A DNA stretch of 64,000 nucleotides from assembly GCF_003918875.1 (NCBI RefSeq), contig NW_025767102.1, positions 868,001-932,000 of the forward strand, written 5' to 3'. Under the pieces are notes generated by a model. The model worked only from the letters and a program-made list of their open reading frames with translations, was not told the DNA's origin and searched no databases. This document shows, piece by piece, positions 63,513-64,000 of this stretch; the first letter of the stretch is position 1, and each line of letters opens with the position of its first letter. The translations under genes were made by a program, and so were the position numbers. Source of the DNA: Haliotis rubra. Its lineage: Eukaryota.

Positions 63513-64000
63513 AACCCCCCGTTGTGGACCCGGGGGGATATTTGGTCCACCAACCCGTTTGCCGTGGGTTGCGCCCCTGTGTCGGTGGAGGACGGTAGTC
63601 TGGTGGTTGAGGGCAGTAGGATCCTGGAACCGCGTTCCTGTTGCCCAACACACCACTTTGGCCCTTACTTCACCTAGACGGGTGGTAGAACTGGCCCGGT
63701 TCTATCAATCGGCTGGTCACGCCGTGCCCTGTGCATGGAAACATTCATATTGAAATTAATGCGCATTTTTGGAATGCTACCAATGAATGTTATAATTTGA
63801 AATTTTATGATACATTTTTGCGGTGGCTCATGGGCCAATCTGGTGATGTTGACCGCTGAATTCTGTATGTTTCTAAGTTATTGTTATGGGCCGAACCAGC
63901 CTGACAGTGAACTTAGTGGACAAATATAGCTATTCATGTCATATTTGCTGGAGTATATCAGCCCTGTATCCCTGGTGTTTACGTCTTGGATATCCGATGC
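63455..64000 (+). mobile_element. I-group LINE C, 5'UTR (runs off the window)
   Basis: The first about 265 nt align closely with the 5' ends of LINEs A and B. Confidence 0.9.

Overview
AT-rich, intron-containing animal DNA (repeat content suggests a marine mollusc such as abalone; this is inference) with one 208-bp N gap. The host content is a tandem array of three paralogous METTL27/WBSCR27-like class I SAM methyltransferase genes on the + strand, each with five coding exons. Copy 2 is intact (226 aa); copies 1 and 3 each carry a single-base indel in an A-run. The rest is densely nested mobile DNA: two Tc1/mariner elements, two MULE remnants, a Polinton/Maverick remnant, a Helentron-type HINE, a Penelope-like palindrome, a hAT-like transposase followed by a Spin/Ssty-like Tudor domain, a young 4.3-kb element with perfect 197-bp TIRs carrying a Crypton (DUF3504) fragment and a 42-bp minisatellite, I-group LINEs and two main SINE families. 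The strongest signal is at the RNA level. All three LINE 5' ends (53689, 56206, 63455) begin exactly with a 58-nt, essentially P4-less HDV-like ribozyme fold that shows a compensatory base-pair change, followed by a conserved H-type pseudoknot. A tRNA-less SINE that shares the LINE 3' tail has a different covarying pseudoknotted 5' structure that I cannot assign to a known ribozyme class. All structures were read by eye and are untested.
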